Part shown: piece by piece, positions 43,198-51,960 of the stretch
Layout: each line of letters starts with the position of its first letter
Numbering within the stretch: the stretch's first letter is position 1
Assembly (NCBI GenBank): GCA_965214935.1
Contig: CBDCCS010000022.1
Location: 160,001 to 224,000, forward strand
Direction: 5' to 3'
From: Candidatus Velthaea sp.
Lineage (GTDB): Bacteria > Vulcanimicrobiota > Vulcanimicrobiia > Vulcanimicrobiales > Vulcanimicrobiaceae
Length of the DNA stretch: 64,000 bases
The notes under the pieces: model-generated
What the model saw: only the letters and a program-made list of their open reading frames with translations
The model's database searches: none
What the model was told of the DNA's origin: nothing
Program-made: the position numbers and the translations under genes

Positions 43198-44454
43198 ATG
43201 GGACCCTTAGCGATTCTCCGCTCGCTGAACCGCGATCAACGCAATGCGTTTCTCGGCAGCTTCTTGGGCTGGACGCTCGATGCGTTCGACTTCTTCATCG
43301 TGACGTTTTTGTTTGCCCGAATCGGCGCGGAATACGGCGTTCCGGTGGTGTCGGTCGTGTTCGCTAACACGATCACCTTGATGTTTCGTCCGCTGGGCGC
43401 GTTGATCTTCGGCATCGTCGCCGACCGTTTTGGGCGCCGGACGCCGCTCATGATCAACATTGCCTTTTATTCGCTCATGGAACTACTGACGGCGTTCGCT
43501 CCGGACTTCACCATTTTCGTAGCGCTGCGCGCACTTTACGGCATCGGCATGGGCGGCGAATGGGGCGTCGGGGCGGCGCTGGCGCTCGAATCGCTGCCGA
43601 CGCATGCACGCGGCCTTGCTTCCGGCGTTCTGCAGCAAGGCTACGCACTCGGCTTTCTGCTCGCCGCTATCGCGTTCTGGATCTTCTCTTCGCTTTTCGG
43701 TGAGCACGCCTGGCGCGGTCTATTCGTCGTCGGCGTGTTGCCGGCACTGCTCGTCTTGTACATCCGCGCCTTCGTCAAGGAATCGCCGACCTGGCGCGCC
43801 GGCGCCGCCAACCCGTTGCAGCACCGCGGCAACCTCTTGAGCGCTTTTCGCAAAAACCCGTGGGTCTTCATTTCGGCGATCTTGTTGATGACGGCGTTTA
43901 ATTACATGTCGCACGGCACGCAAGATCTGTATCCGACCTTTTTAGAAAAACAGCGTGGCTTTTCGCCGGCGGTTCGTTCGCAAGTGACGATCGTGGTTCA
44001 AATCGGCGCGATTCTCGGTGGAACGTTGTTCGGTTATTTTTCGCAGCGCTTCGGGCGCAAGCGCTGCATCATCACTGCAGCAATTTGCGGGCTCTTTGCC
44101 ATTCCACTCTGGGCCTTTGCACCGAACATCGTGCTGCTGGCCCTCGGCGGCTTCATCATGCAATTCTTCGTCCAAGGTGCCTGGGGTGTCATCCCCGTGC
44201 ATCTCAACGAACTTTCGCCTAGCGATATACGCGGCACGTTTCCCGGTTTCACCTATCAACTCGGCAATCTCACATCTGCACCGGCGGCGCAAATCGAAGC
44301 CGGCTTCGCCGCGCACTTCGCGCTGCCGGGCGGCGGCGACAATTACGCTCAGGCGCTCGCGATCATCATGATCGTCGTGTTCCTCGCCGTTATTATCTTC
44401 ACGGCATTAGCCGGCGAACGTCGCGCGATCGACTTCAGCGCAGCCCCGACGTAG
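43198..44454 (+). CDS. MFS sialate/carboxylate:H+ symporter (NanT/Jen1-like)
   Basis: GWTLDAFDFF, GIGMGGEWG, SHGTQDLYPTFL, GAWGVIPVHLNE. Confidence 0.9.
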   Translation: MGPLAILRSLNRDQRNAFLGSFLGWTLDAFDFFIVTFLFARIGAEYGVPVVSVVFANTITLMFRPLGALIFGIVADRFGRRTPLMINIAFYSLMELLTAFAPDFTIFVALRALYGIGMGGEWGVGAALALESLPTHARGLASGVLQQGYALGFLLAAIAFWIFSSLFGEHAWRGLFVVGVLPALLVLYIRAFVKESPTWRAGAANPLQHRGNLLSAFRKNPWVFISAILLMTAFNYMSHGTQDLYPTFLEKQRGFSPAVRSQVTIVVQIGAILGGTLFGYFSQRFGRKRCIITAAICGLFAIPLWAFAPNIVLLALGGFIMQFFVQGAWGVIPVHLNELSPSDIRGTFPGFTYQLGNLTSAPAAQIEAGFAAHFALPGGGDNYAQALAIIMIVVFLAVIIFTALAGERRAIDFSAAPT

Positions 44455-44944
44455 CGCACACCGCCGCCCTTTGTTGCGGGCTTTCAATCCCGCTATGGCA
44501 AGCGCGCGACATCGTTAGACTCACTTCAGGCGGCTTCGTCTCGCATTTTATCCAGCTTTTGGGCGTATCGTTTCTGCGCATCCCGACGAAATGTTGCCGA
44601 GCGACTCAAGCGGTACGTTTTAAGCTTTTTGGTATCACTCGGTACCTAAATTTCTTCGCCGGCGTCAAAACGGAGCCGGCTTAGCAGCGCACTTCAAGGT
44701 AACGGGCGCACGCGATGACGACGCGCAGGCGCTCGCGAGCATCATAGTCGTTGCCGTTTGCGGCTCACCGCTTGAGCCGCGAACGCAAGGCGATTGGGTC
44801 CAACCGGACTGCGGCCGAATGACCGCACGCATGTCGCGCCGTCGTAGATGATCGATACAATGCGGTTGTTCACGCGTATCGGCAGCCACATTGTATCGGT
44901 CAGATATTTCTAAATGAAGCGCTTATGCGTTAGCGCCGCGACTG

Positions 44945-46120
44945 CTACCGCCGACATGCTTTGTCGTATTCGTACGAATAGAGATCGGTGCCGGTCGGGC
45001 GCGCGATGAAACCGACGGTCCGCCCGCGATACGTGCCCGTTCCAACGATTTCGCCGCAGTCGTTGATCGCGGACGCACTATCCAGCGTCCACCCGGCAGC
45101 GTCGCGGGCGATCGAACGCAAATCGTACACGCGTTGATGCTCGAATACGAATGCAGCTGATTTTCCGCCGACGAGCGTGTACGTGCCGACAATCCGATTG
45201 AAGTGATTGATGCCGTTTGCCGTGCTCGACGTCGTTGACGGATTAACGCCGCTCGGCAGCCCCAGATCGTACATCCGCTTAAACTCATAGAAAAACGCGT
45301 GATCGATTCCGCCGCGCGTTGCCGCCGAGCCGACGATGACATTCCGGTCGTTGATCGCTTGCGCCGAACTTTGCGTTCCACCAAGTGTTCCGATTTCAAC
45401 CGTTTTGCGGAATGCAAAAATGGAAGCAATATTTGCGTTATCGTGTCCGACGATCGTTCCGGCATCATTGATAGCGTTGGCCGAACCGCCGCTTTTACCG
45501 AGAACTATCTCTTTACGGTCTTTCAAGAGTACCGGGAGACTACCACCAGCGCCACCAGGCGAATAGCCAGTATCGGTTCCAACTGCTTGCTCAAGATCAT
45601 TGATGCCGTTCGCAACTAAATTGGCGCAAGCGAACGAAGTGGAATACGGGATTACGTATTTTCCATTTGGTAAAAAGCCAAGTGGATAACCTATTTGAGG
45701 GCAAAATACTGAAAACGTCTGCTGGACATTTACGTTGCCGGCTATGATATTGTGGTCGTTGATCGCTATCGCCGATTCAGCTATGTTGAAATCTGGCGGA
45801 ACTGAACTTAAAGGCGCGGGTCCAGGCAGCGCTTGCAGTCTTCCGGTCGCGTACTTTACAGCCTGTGTATAGAGCATGCCGTTTTGAGTAGCACAACAAA
45901 TCGTGCCGACAACGGTGCCATACTTATTGATGCCGACAGCGGACGATGCAACATACCCTTTGAGCGTTCCAATACTTTCGATGCTGTACGCGGCATGATG
46001 CTCTTCGGTTAACGTTCTTAGACGGGCAGTCGTAGTTTGAGCGCTCGCAACTGTCATTACGATTAACATTGAGATTGTAACTATGCTGCATAGAGCCAAA
46101 AGTCGCTGTTCTATCTTCAC
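44945..46120 (-). CDS. Secreted HAF-repeat extracellular protein
   Basis: GAGGAGG SD; signal peptide; IGTLGGTQSSAQAINDRNVIVG, HAFFY, AINDCGEIVG. Confidence 0.87.
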   Translation of the reverse strand: MKIEQRLLALCSIVTISMLIVMTVASAQTTTARLRTLTEEHHAAYSIESIGTLKGYVASSAVGINKYGTVVGTICCATQNGMLYTQAVKYATGRLQALPGPAPLSSVPPDFNIAESAIAINDHNIIAGNVNVQQTFSVFCPQIGYPLGFLPNGKYVIPYSTSFACANLVANGINDLEQAVGTDTGYSPGGAGGSLPVLLKDRKEIVLGKSGGSANAINDAGTIVGHDNANIASIFAFRKTVEIGTLGGTQSSAQAINDRNVIVGSAATRGGIDHAFFYEFKRMYDLGLPSGVNPSTTSSTANGINHFNRIVGTYTLVGGKSAAFVFEHQRVYDLRSIARDAAGWTLDSASAINDCGEIVGTGTYRGRTVGFIARPTGTDLYSYEYDKACRR

Positions 46121-46709
46121 TCGGGCCTCCTCATTTAAAGACGCATGAAAAAACTAAAAAGCTGGTCGAAGGCCAGCATTTAAGTAAACTCGGCGTTGCG
46201 TTTTTAAACGACGGAAGTCTGAAGCCTGCGCCTCCATCACCTATGATCGCGAAACGAACATAACGAACGACCGCACGAGCGTTCACCGTTTTACGCGCCG
46301 AAAGCGAAGCCCTCAACGCGAGAATGCGCTCAGCACCAGCGGCGCGATCGAATCCTCGGTGCACTTGTTTACTCGCCATTTTCGAATCGGTGCTGACCAA
46401 AGCGTGCTAATGCTAGCGAACCGACCATCGGTCCTGCAAGCAGCTTAAGTTGGACGACGTCAGCGATGGCATTAAGAACTATGATTCGGAGGTAGTGAAT
46501 GTCTCGCCAGAAGTCCGATGGATATTCGCACAAGGTGGCTCGGTTTGCCAGATTATGGGCCCGCGGTTCGGCGGAGTTCGGGAGATGCAGAGGCTGCGAT
46601 CAGGAAAACGCAGTCTCTCTTTTACGTAGTTTGTTGCAAGCAAACTCTAGCAAGCGCTGAACTTCACGACCGCTGCAGAAATCGTATTCAACGTAGGACC
46701 ATGCCCCTA

Positions 46710-47375
46710 TCAGGGCCGCGAAGCAATAGCCTTTTCGTCAACCACGAGTTGCGGGTAGTGCGACCGCAGCATCTCGACTTTGGGTTTGTCGTTGTACACG
46801 ATGTACGGATAGCCCGGATTGCGATCGTAGAAACGCTGATGATAGGATTCGGCTTCGTAGAAGCCGTGCAACGCCTCCACCTTCGTTACGATCGGCGCGT
46901 TGAACGCGTGCGATGCCGTTAACGCGCTGATTGTCGCGCGGGCTGTCGTTTGCTGCGCTGGCGTGGTATAGAAGATCTCGGACCGATATTGACTGCCGTC
47001 ATCAGGACCTTGCCGGTCGAGTTCGGTCGGGTCGTGCGCGACACGAAAGTACACGTCGAGCAACGTCGCATACGAGATTTTGGCCGGATCGAACGCGATG
47101 CGGACCGACTCTGCATGGCCGGTCATACCGGTGCTGACAACATCGTAATGTGCCGTGAAGGCATTGCCTCCGGCAAAGCCGGCTTGAACGTCCTTTACGC
47201 CGCGCAAGCGCTCGAAGACCGCTTCAAGACCCCAGAAGCACCCGCCGGCGAAAACCGCCGTTTCGCTAGGTTCGCCTGAAGGCGTCGAATTTGCACTCGC
47301 CGGCAACACTAGCACCGCCCCAAGCAAAATACCGCCGAGCGTCCGTAAGAGGGCTTTCGAATGGGTCGTCATCAT
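46710..47375 (-). CDS. msrA: Peptide methionine sulfoxide reductase A (signal peptide-bearing)
   Basis: FAGGCFWG, TGHAESV, HDPT, QYRSEIF, AESYHQ. Confidence 0.95.
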   Translation of the reverse strand: MMTTHSKALLRTLGGILLGAVLVLPASANSTPSGEPSETAVFAGGCFWGLEAVFERLRGVKDVQAGFAGGNAFTAHYDVVSTGMTGHAESVRIAFDPAKISYATLLDVYFRVAHDPTELDRQGPDDGSQYRSEIFYTTPAQQTTARATISALTASHAFNAPIVTKVEALHGFYEAESYHQRFYDRNPGYPYIVYNDKPKVEMLRSHYPQLVVDEKAIASRP

Positions 47376-47450
47376 GATCTAGACGATAGCACGCCTAAAC
47401 GAGTTTCGAACGTCGGCCGCCTTACGTTGTTGCCGGCAAACCAAATGGTA

Positions 47451-48596
47451 TTACAGCGAGATCGCGCCGGCATAGCCGGTAAGTTCCACGTAACCAACCC
47501 CGCGCAGCCGCCCAGTGACCGGGTCGAGCGCGTCCACGGCGCCTTCCCAATAGGATACCCCGCCGGCGGTGTTCGCTAGCTCCTGATCGAGCAACGTCGG
47601 GCGCAGCACGATGTCGACGTCCGCCCGCGGCACCCGCACGCGCCACCCGCTTGGATACGTCCCACCGGTATGCGGCGACTTCCAAGCGCCGGTCGCAACG
47701 GTCGAAAAATCGCTTAACAACAAGTGCGTGACGCGGCCATCGCGGTCGACGAGCGAACCGCTCGACTGCGGCGTAATCGACCCGTCTTTTTGCCGCAACG
47801 CATACAGCATGAGCTCGCGCCGATCGTCGAGCTGAATTGCAAACCAATCCCAACCGGCTTGATTTGCTTGCAACTCGTCCGAGCCGAACTCATGATCCAT
47901 CCACGAAAGCCCATCAACTGCCAACCGCTGACCACCATAAACCAGTGTCCCCGACGTGCGCAAGCGCGTCATCGAATAGTAATGCGAAGCACACGTCGCA
48001 CAAGCCGCCTTCACCGAAATGCCGTCACGCCCGTGAACGGCCGGCGCTTTTTCGGCAATCTGATCGAAATCGATCGCGGCAGCGTCCGCGCGCGCAACCA
48101 TATGAAATGGCGCCGTTCCGCTCAGCGACCAATCACCGACCCGAACGTCAAGCGCCCGGTCCGACGAACTGCCGGCTCCCAAAGCCTCGCGCGACAGTCG
48201 CTCGAAATGCAAGAACTGCCTCCCGCTTTCGTCGGTTAGCGCAAAATGCGCCGGATACAACTCGTTGCCGCGCCAAGCGCTCTGACCGGCCAACGGTTTT
48301 ACATCACCAGGTCGTAAACCAACCCGAAAAAAGGTCAGCTCGTAACCAAACCGCCGGCCATCCCGAGCCCGAACGTGCCCGGTATAATACCACCACTCCG
48401 ACTGATAACCGAAGTGCGCCGCATGATCGCGCGGAAAAGCAAACCGGTAAGGCCGATTAGCACTCTCAAAACCATCGCGCCCCGCCGATCCTGGTTGCAT
48501 CCCGGGTGGGGCGGCGTCTCCGCGGCTGCGGGGCACTGCAAGGGCGAGCGAAGCCAGGATGGCGAGAGCGACCCCGAGCGTAGCGACAAAGCGCAC
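47451..48596 (-). CDS. AttH/CrtC-like secreted lipocalin-fold protein
   Basis: FPRDH..H..EWWYYTG, YYSMTRL, SWMDHEF, GWDWF, YWEGAV, GYVELTGY. Start either GTG 48596 (signal peptide follows) or ATG 48668. Confidence 0.88.
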   Translation of the reverse strand: MRFVATLGVALAILASLALAVPRSRGDAAPPGMQPGSAGRDGFESANRPYRFAFPRDHAAHFGYQSEWWYYTGHVRARDGRRFGYELTFFRVGLRPGDVKPLAGQSAWRGNELYPAHFALTDESGRQFLHFERLSREALGAGSSSDRALDVRVGDWSLSGTAPFHMVARADAAAIDFDQIAEKAPAVHGRDGISVKAACATCASHYYSMTRLRTSGTLVYGGQRLAVDGLSWMDHEFGSDELQANQAGWDWFAIQLDDRRELMLYALRQKDGSITPQSSGSLVDRDGRVTHLLLSDFSTVATGAWKSPHTGGTYPSGWRVRVPRADVDIVLRPTLLDQELANTAGGVSYWEGAVDALDPVTGRLRGVGYVELTGYAGAISL

Positions 48597-48664
48597 AGGA
48601 TGTGCGCGCCGAGCGGCCCCGGAGCCGCGGAGACGGCGCACCGCCCGCCACCAGCAAAATTGTA

Positions 48665-51241
48665 TCATTCCGCGCGTACCGCTTCAGCCGTACGAATACG
48701 AGCCGCAACGCCGGCCGGATAAATCCCGGCAACAACCGCAGCAACAATAACGAGCCCAATCGCTTCAATCAAGAAGTCGTACGGCATATGCAACTCAATA
48801 AGCCACCCAAATGCCTGCCGGTTAATCACAAAAATCAACAAAAGCGAAAGCAGCACACCGACCGCGACACCCATGAACCCGCCGAGCAAACCGATAAACG
48901 CCGCTTCATAATACACCATCATCCGCACGTCACGCGTTCGCAATCCAAGATACCGCATAAGCCCGATCTCGCGCCGCCGTTCCAGCACTAAAGCAAACAA
49001 TGTCGACACGACGCCAAGCACCGCGATGGTAATTGAGATGATGTACAGCGCGTACGTGATCGCAAACGTCTTGTTAAAAATCGTCACGACGAGCTTGCGT
49101 AATTCGCGCGTCGTTTGGGCATCGACGTGCAACGGCAAGACACTCCGCACGACGTCGCTGCGCAACGCGACGAGATCGACGCCGGGCTTCGCGTAAATTG
49201 CAATCGAGTTGACCGAGTCATCGTGATACAGCCGTCCGAACGTACGCGCATCCATCAGAATGATGCCGGCGTCGCTCGAATAATCGTTATAGATTGCCGC
49301 GACGCTGAACGTCGTTTTGCCGGCGGGCGTATCGAGCTCGAAGCGATCGCCGCGACCGACGTCGAACTTCGTCGCGAACGGCTCGCTAATGAGCACTTGG
49401 GTGGTTCCCGGCAGCTGTTGGGCTAAGGCACGCGTATCGGCGACGCCGATGAAGCGCAGTTTATTACGCTCGGCAATTGTCGAGAAGTCGGCGGCGCCAA
49501 GCGTCGTCAGGCGACCGCGAAACGGGATCGAGATGCCGCGAAACGTGTCGACGGCAGCGACGCCCGGCAAGCGCGCGATCGTCTTTGCGACGACCGGCGA
49601 AAAGCGCGCATCGAACGACGCGTCTTGCAATCCCAGCGGCCGGACGAACAGGTCGGCTTTGAGCGTATCGTCGGCCCAAGCAACAACGGTGGTCCGGAAC
49701 GAGCCGATCAAAATAGCGATCGAGACCATCATGGCAATAGCGATCATCAATGACGCGACGGCAACGCTGTTGCGCACCGGCGAAGCGCCGAGATTCGCTG
49801 CGGCAAGCTGACCGGATGCCGAACGCCGTCCAAACAGCGCAACGCCGCTGCGCGAGACGACACCGATAAGCAACGGCGCAAAAAGCGAGCCGCCGAAAAT
49901 GATAAGCAAACCGGCGGTGTAGCCGAAGATCGGAACGTCGTCGATCGCCGGCGCGAACGTGCACGCATACGCGGCGGCAAGCAACGCGGCACCGTACGCA
50001 GCGAGTCGCGTCGCAAGACCCTTGGGACGCCGTTCGTAACCGGCCGAACGCATGGCCACCGCCGGCGGCGTCGCCGCGGCTTCGAGCGCCGGCACCACCG
50101 CCGACAACGTCGCGAGAATCACACCGACAACGAATGCTTTGAGCAGAACGAGCGGAGCAAAAATAATGTGGTCGGCGTGGCTCGCGACATAAAGCGTGTC
50201 GACCGTACGCGAAACGGCGCCGATCGACAGTTGCGCGAGGACGGCGCCAAGCAACAATCCGAAGATCGAGCCGACGACGCCGAACATCGCGCCTTCGCCG
50301 AGAAACGCGACGAAAATCGCCCGCCGCTGTGCACCGATCGCGCGTAACGTGCCGACCTCCGGCCGGCGCGCCACGACCGAAATCGCGACCGTATTGTAGA
50401 TCAGGTACATACCGACGAGCAGCGCAATGTACGAGAGCGCAGCGAGATTTAATTGAAAGCTGCTGAGCATGCGCTGGATTTCACCGGTGCGAACTTTCGG
50501 TTCGATCGCTCGCGTGCCGGGCGGAATGACGCGCGCGACCGCGCCGGCGACCGCCGCAATATGCGCTTGATCGACGATTAAATCGATTCGGTCGAGCCGT
50601 CCGATTTTATCGAACAGTTCTTGCGCGGTTGCGATATCGACGAAGACCACGCTAGAGTCAACGCCCGGAACACTCGCAGGGATAACGCCCGCCACACGCA
50701 TCGAAACGGCCCGGTCGCCCGCAAGACCGCGAATGACCGAGCCCTGCTGCAAGCGGTATTTTGTCGCGACCCGCTCGCTGATAAAGGCACCATGCCCATC
50801 GACGAGCACGTAAGGATCGGGCGCGCCGCCGGCTTTGGCAACTGCGCCCGGTGTCGAGGCCGATGAACTTTGATCGCCGGGGAGCGGCCGGAGCAAATCG
50901 ACACCGAGGACGCGCAGAACTTCGCCGGAAAATGCGTCGCCGGCTTTGGCGCCGACGACGATCGAGTCTTCGATCGTCGGGCTTGCGTAGGTAACGCCGG
51001 GAACGTTCGAGACGCGCAAGATCGAACGATCGTCGAATCCGCGCCCGACACCGAGGACTTGCAAATTGACGTGGTTCGAGACAACATTCACGCTCGAGGC
51101 GAATGAAGCGACCGCCGTCGCGTTTGCAAGGTCGATGGCGAGCGCTATTGCGACGCCTAAGGCAACGGCAAGCACCGTAACACCCGTGCGCAAAACGTTG
51201 CCGCGCATATGACCCAAGACAAGCGCCCGAAAAAGCGCCAT
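48665..51241 (-). CDS. FtsX/MacB-like ABC permease, duplicated (AttF/G-type)
   Basis: Two periplasmic plus TM modules; RRPEVGTLRAIGA, ERRREIGL, INRQAFGW. Confidence 0.9.
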   Translation of the reverse strand: MALFRALVLGHMRGNVLRTGVTVLAVALGVAIALAIDLANATAVASFASSVNVVSNHVNLQVLGVGRGFDDRSILRVSNVPGVTYASPTIEDSIVVGAKAGDAFSGEVLRVLGVDLLRPLPGDQSSSASTPGAVAKAGGAPDPYVLVDGHGAFISERVATKYRLQQGSVIRGLAGDRAVSMRVAGVIPASVPGVDSSVVFVDIATAQELFDKIGRLDRIDLIVDQAHIAAVAGAVARVIPPGTRAIEPKVRTGEIQRMLSSFQLNLAALSYIALLVGMYLIYNTVAISVVARRPEVGTLRAIGAQRRAIFVAFLGEGAMFGVVGSIFGLLLGAVLAQLSIGAVSRTVDTLYVASHADHIIFAPLVLLKAFVVGVILATLSAVVPALEAAATPPAVAMRSAGYERRPKGLATRLAAYGAALLAAAYACTFAPAIDDVPIFGYTAGLLIIFGGSLFAPLLIGVVSRSGVALFGRRSASGQLAAANLGASPVRNSVAVASLMIAIAMMVSIAILIGSFRTTVVAWADDTLKADLFVRPLGLQDASFDARFSPVVAKTIARLPGVAAVDTFRGISIPFRGRLTTLGAADFSTIAERNKLRFIGVADTRALAQQLPGTTQVLISEPFATKFDVGRGDRFELDTPAGKTTFSVAAIYNDYSSDAGIILMDARTFGRLYHDDSVNSIAIYAKPGVDLVALRSDVVRSVLPLHVDAQTTRELRKLVVTIFNKTFAITYALYIISITIAVLGVVSTLFALVLERRREIGLMRYLGLRTRDVRMMVYYEAAFIGLLGGFMGVAVGVLLSLLLIFVINRQAFGWLIELHMPYDFLIEAIGLVIVAAVVAGIYPAGVAARIRTAEAVRAE

Positions 51242-51330
51242 TAGACGAAGCTTGCCGGCTCGCTCATATTCGGAGACTTCGACGCCTGACGGCCAATGCG
51301 TGTTGCGTAGCGGACCACCGTCTGAGCCCC

Positions 51331-51960
51331 TTAGCCGAACAGTTCGATATTCGCCGCTCCGGCCTGCGGACGCAGAAGCTCCCGCGCATAAGCCGTTTCT
51401 TGCCTTTGAATCGTATCGTTGTTGAGAGGCGATAGGTATTTCACGCGCACGATACCCGTGTCGACGAACTGCAGCAGCTTGCGCGGCAGCACACCGCCGA
51501 GATCGGCGGCGGTTGTCGCGATGCCTTCGGTCGCCAGATACTCGAGCACGAAGGATGCGTTGAGTTGGCCGACATTACCGTGCGAGAACGTCATGACCGC
51601 TGCGCCGCCGAAAACCTTCGCCTCGAGATCGCCGCGCCGCGAACCATGTTTGATGAATTCGTTGATCAACGACTCCATTGCGTAGAGGCCGTACCGCAAC
51701 GACGTTTCGGGCGCCGCTGCGGCATCCAAGTGGTCGTGCTGCGGCAGCATGAAGTGGTTCATGCCGGCGCTGCCGCGGATCGGATCGCGTATGCATGCTG
51801 CCACGCACGAGCCGAGCACCGTTGCGATGACGCACGCGACCGTCGTCGCAAAGTACTCACCCGGTTTGATTTTAACAACCTCGCGGCCGAGTTGTTCGTC
51901 GAAATAATGTAACGGCCGCGGCCGACCGGGTAGCTCGACCGCAACGTCCGATGCGCGCGT
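51331..51960 (-). CDS. cheD: Chemoreceptor glutamine deamidase
   Basis: HYFD..VKIKPGEYF..TVLGSCV, GMNHFML, RYG.YAME.LIN, AKVFGG. The conserved N-terminus lies upstream of GTG 51819; start inferred at ACG 51960. Confidence 0.88.
   Translation of the reverse strand, partial: TRASDVAVELPGRPRPLHYFDEQLGREVVKIKPGEYFATTVACVIATVLGSCVAACIRDPIRGSAGMNHFMLPQHDHLDAAAAPETSLRYGLYAMESLINEFIKHGSRRGDLEAKVFGGAAVMTFSHGNVGQLNASFVLEYLATEGIATTAADLGGVLPRKLLQFVDTGIVRVKYLSPLNNDTIQRQETAYARELLRPQAGAANIELFG

Noticed and set aside
44500..44940. Gene remnant in the intergenic gap
   Set aside because: The frames examined gave no recognisable protein, so a pseudogene call cannot be supported.
44945..46120. Diversity-generating retroelement acting on the HAF proteins
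   Set aside because: No reverse transcriptase and no template/variable repeat pair visible.
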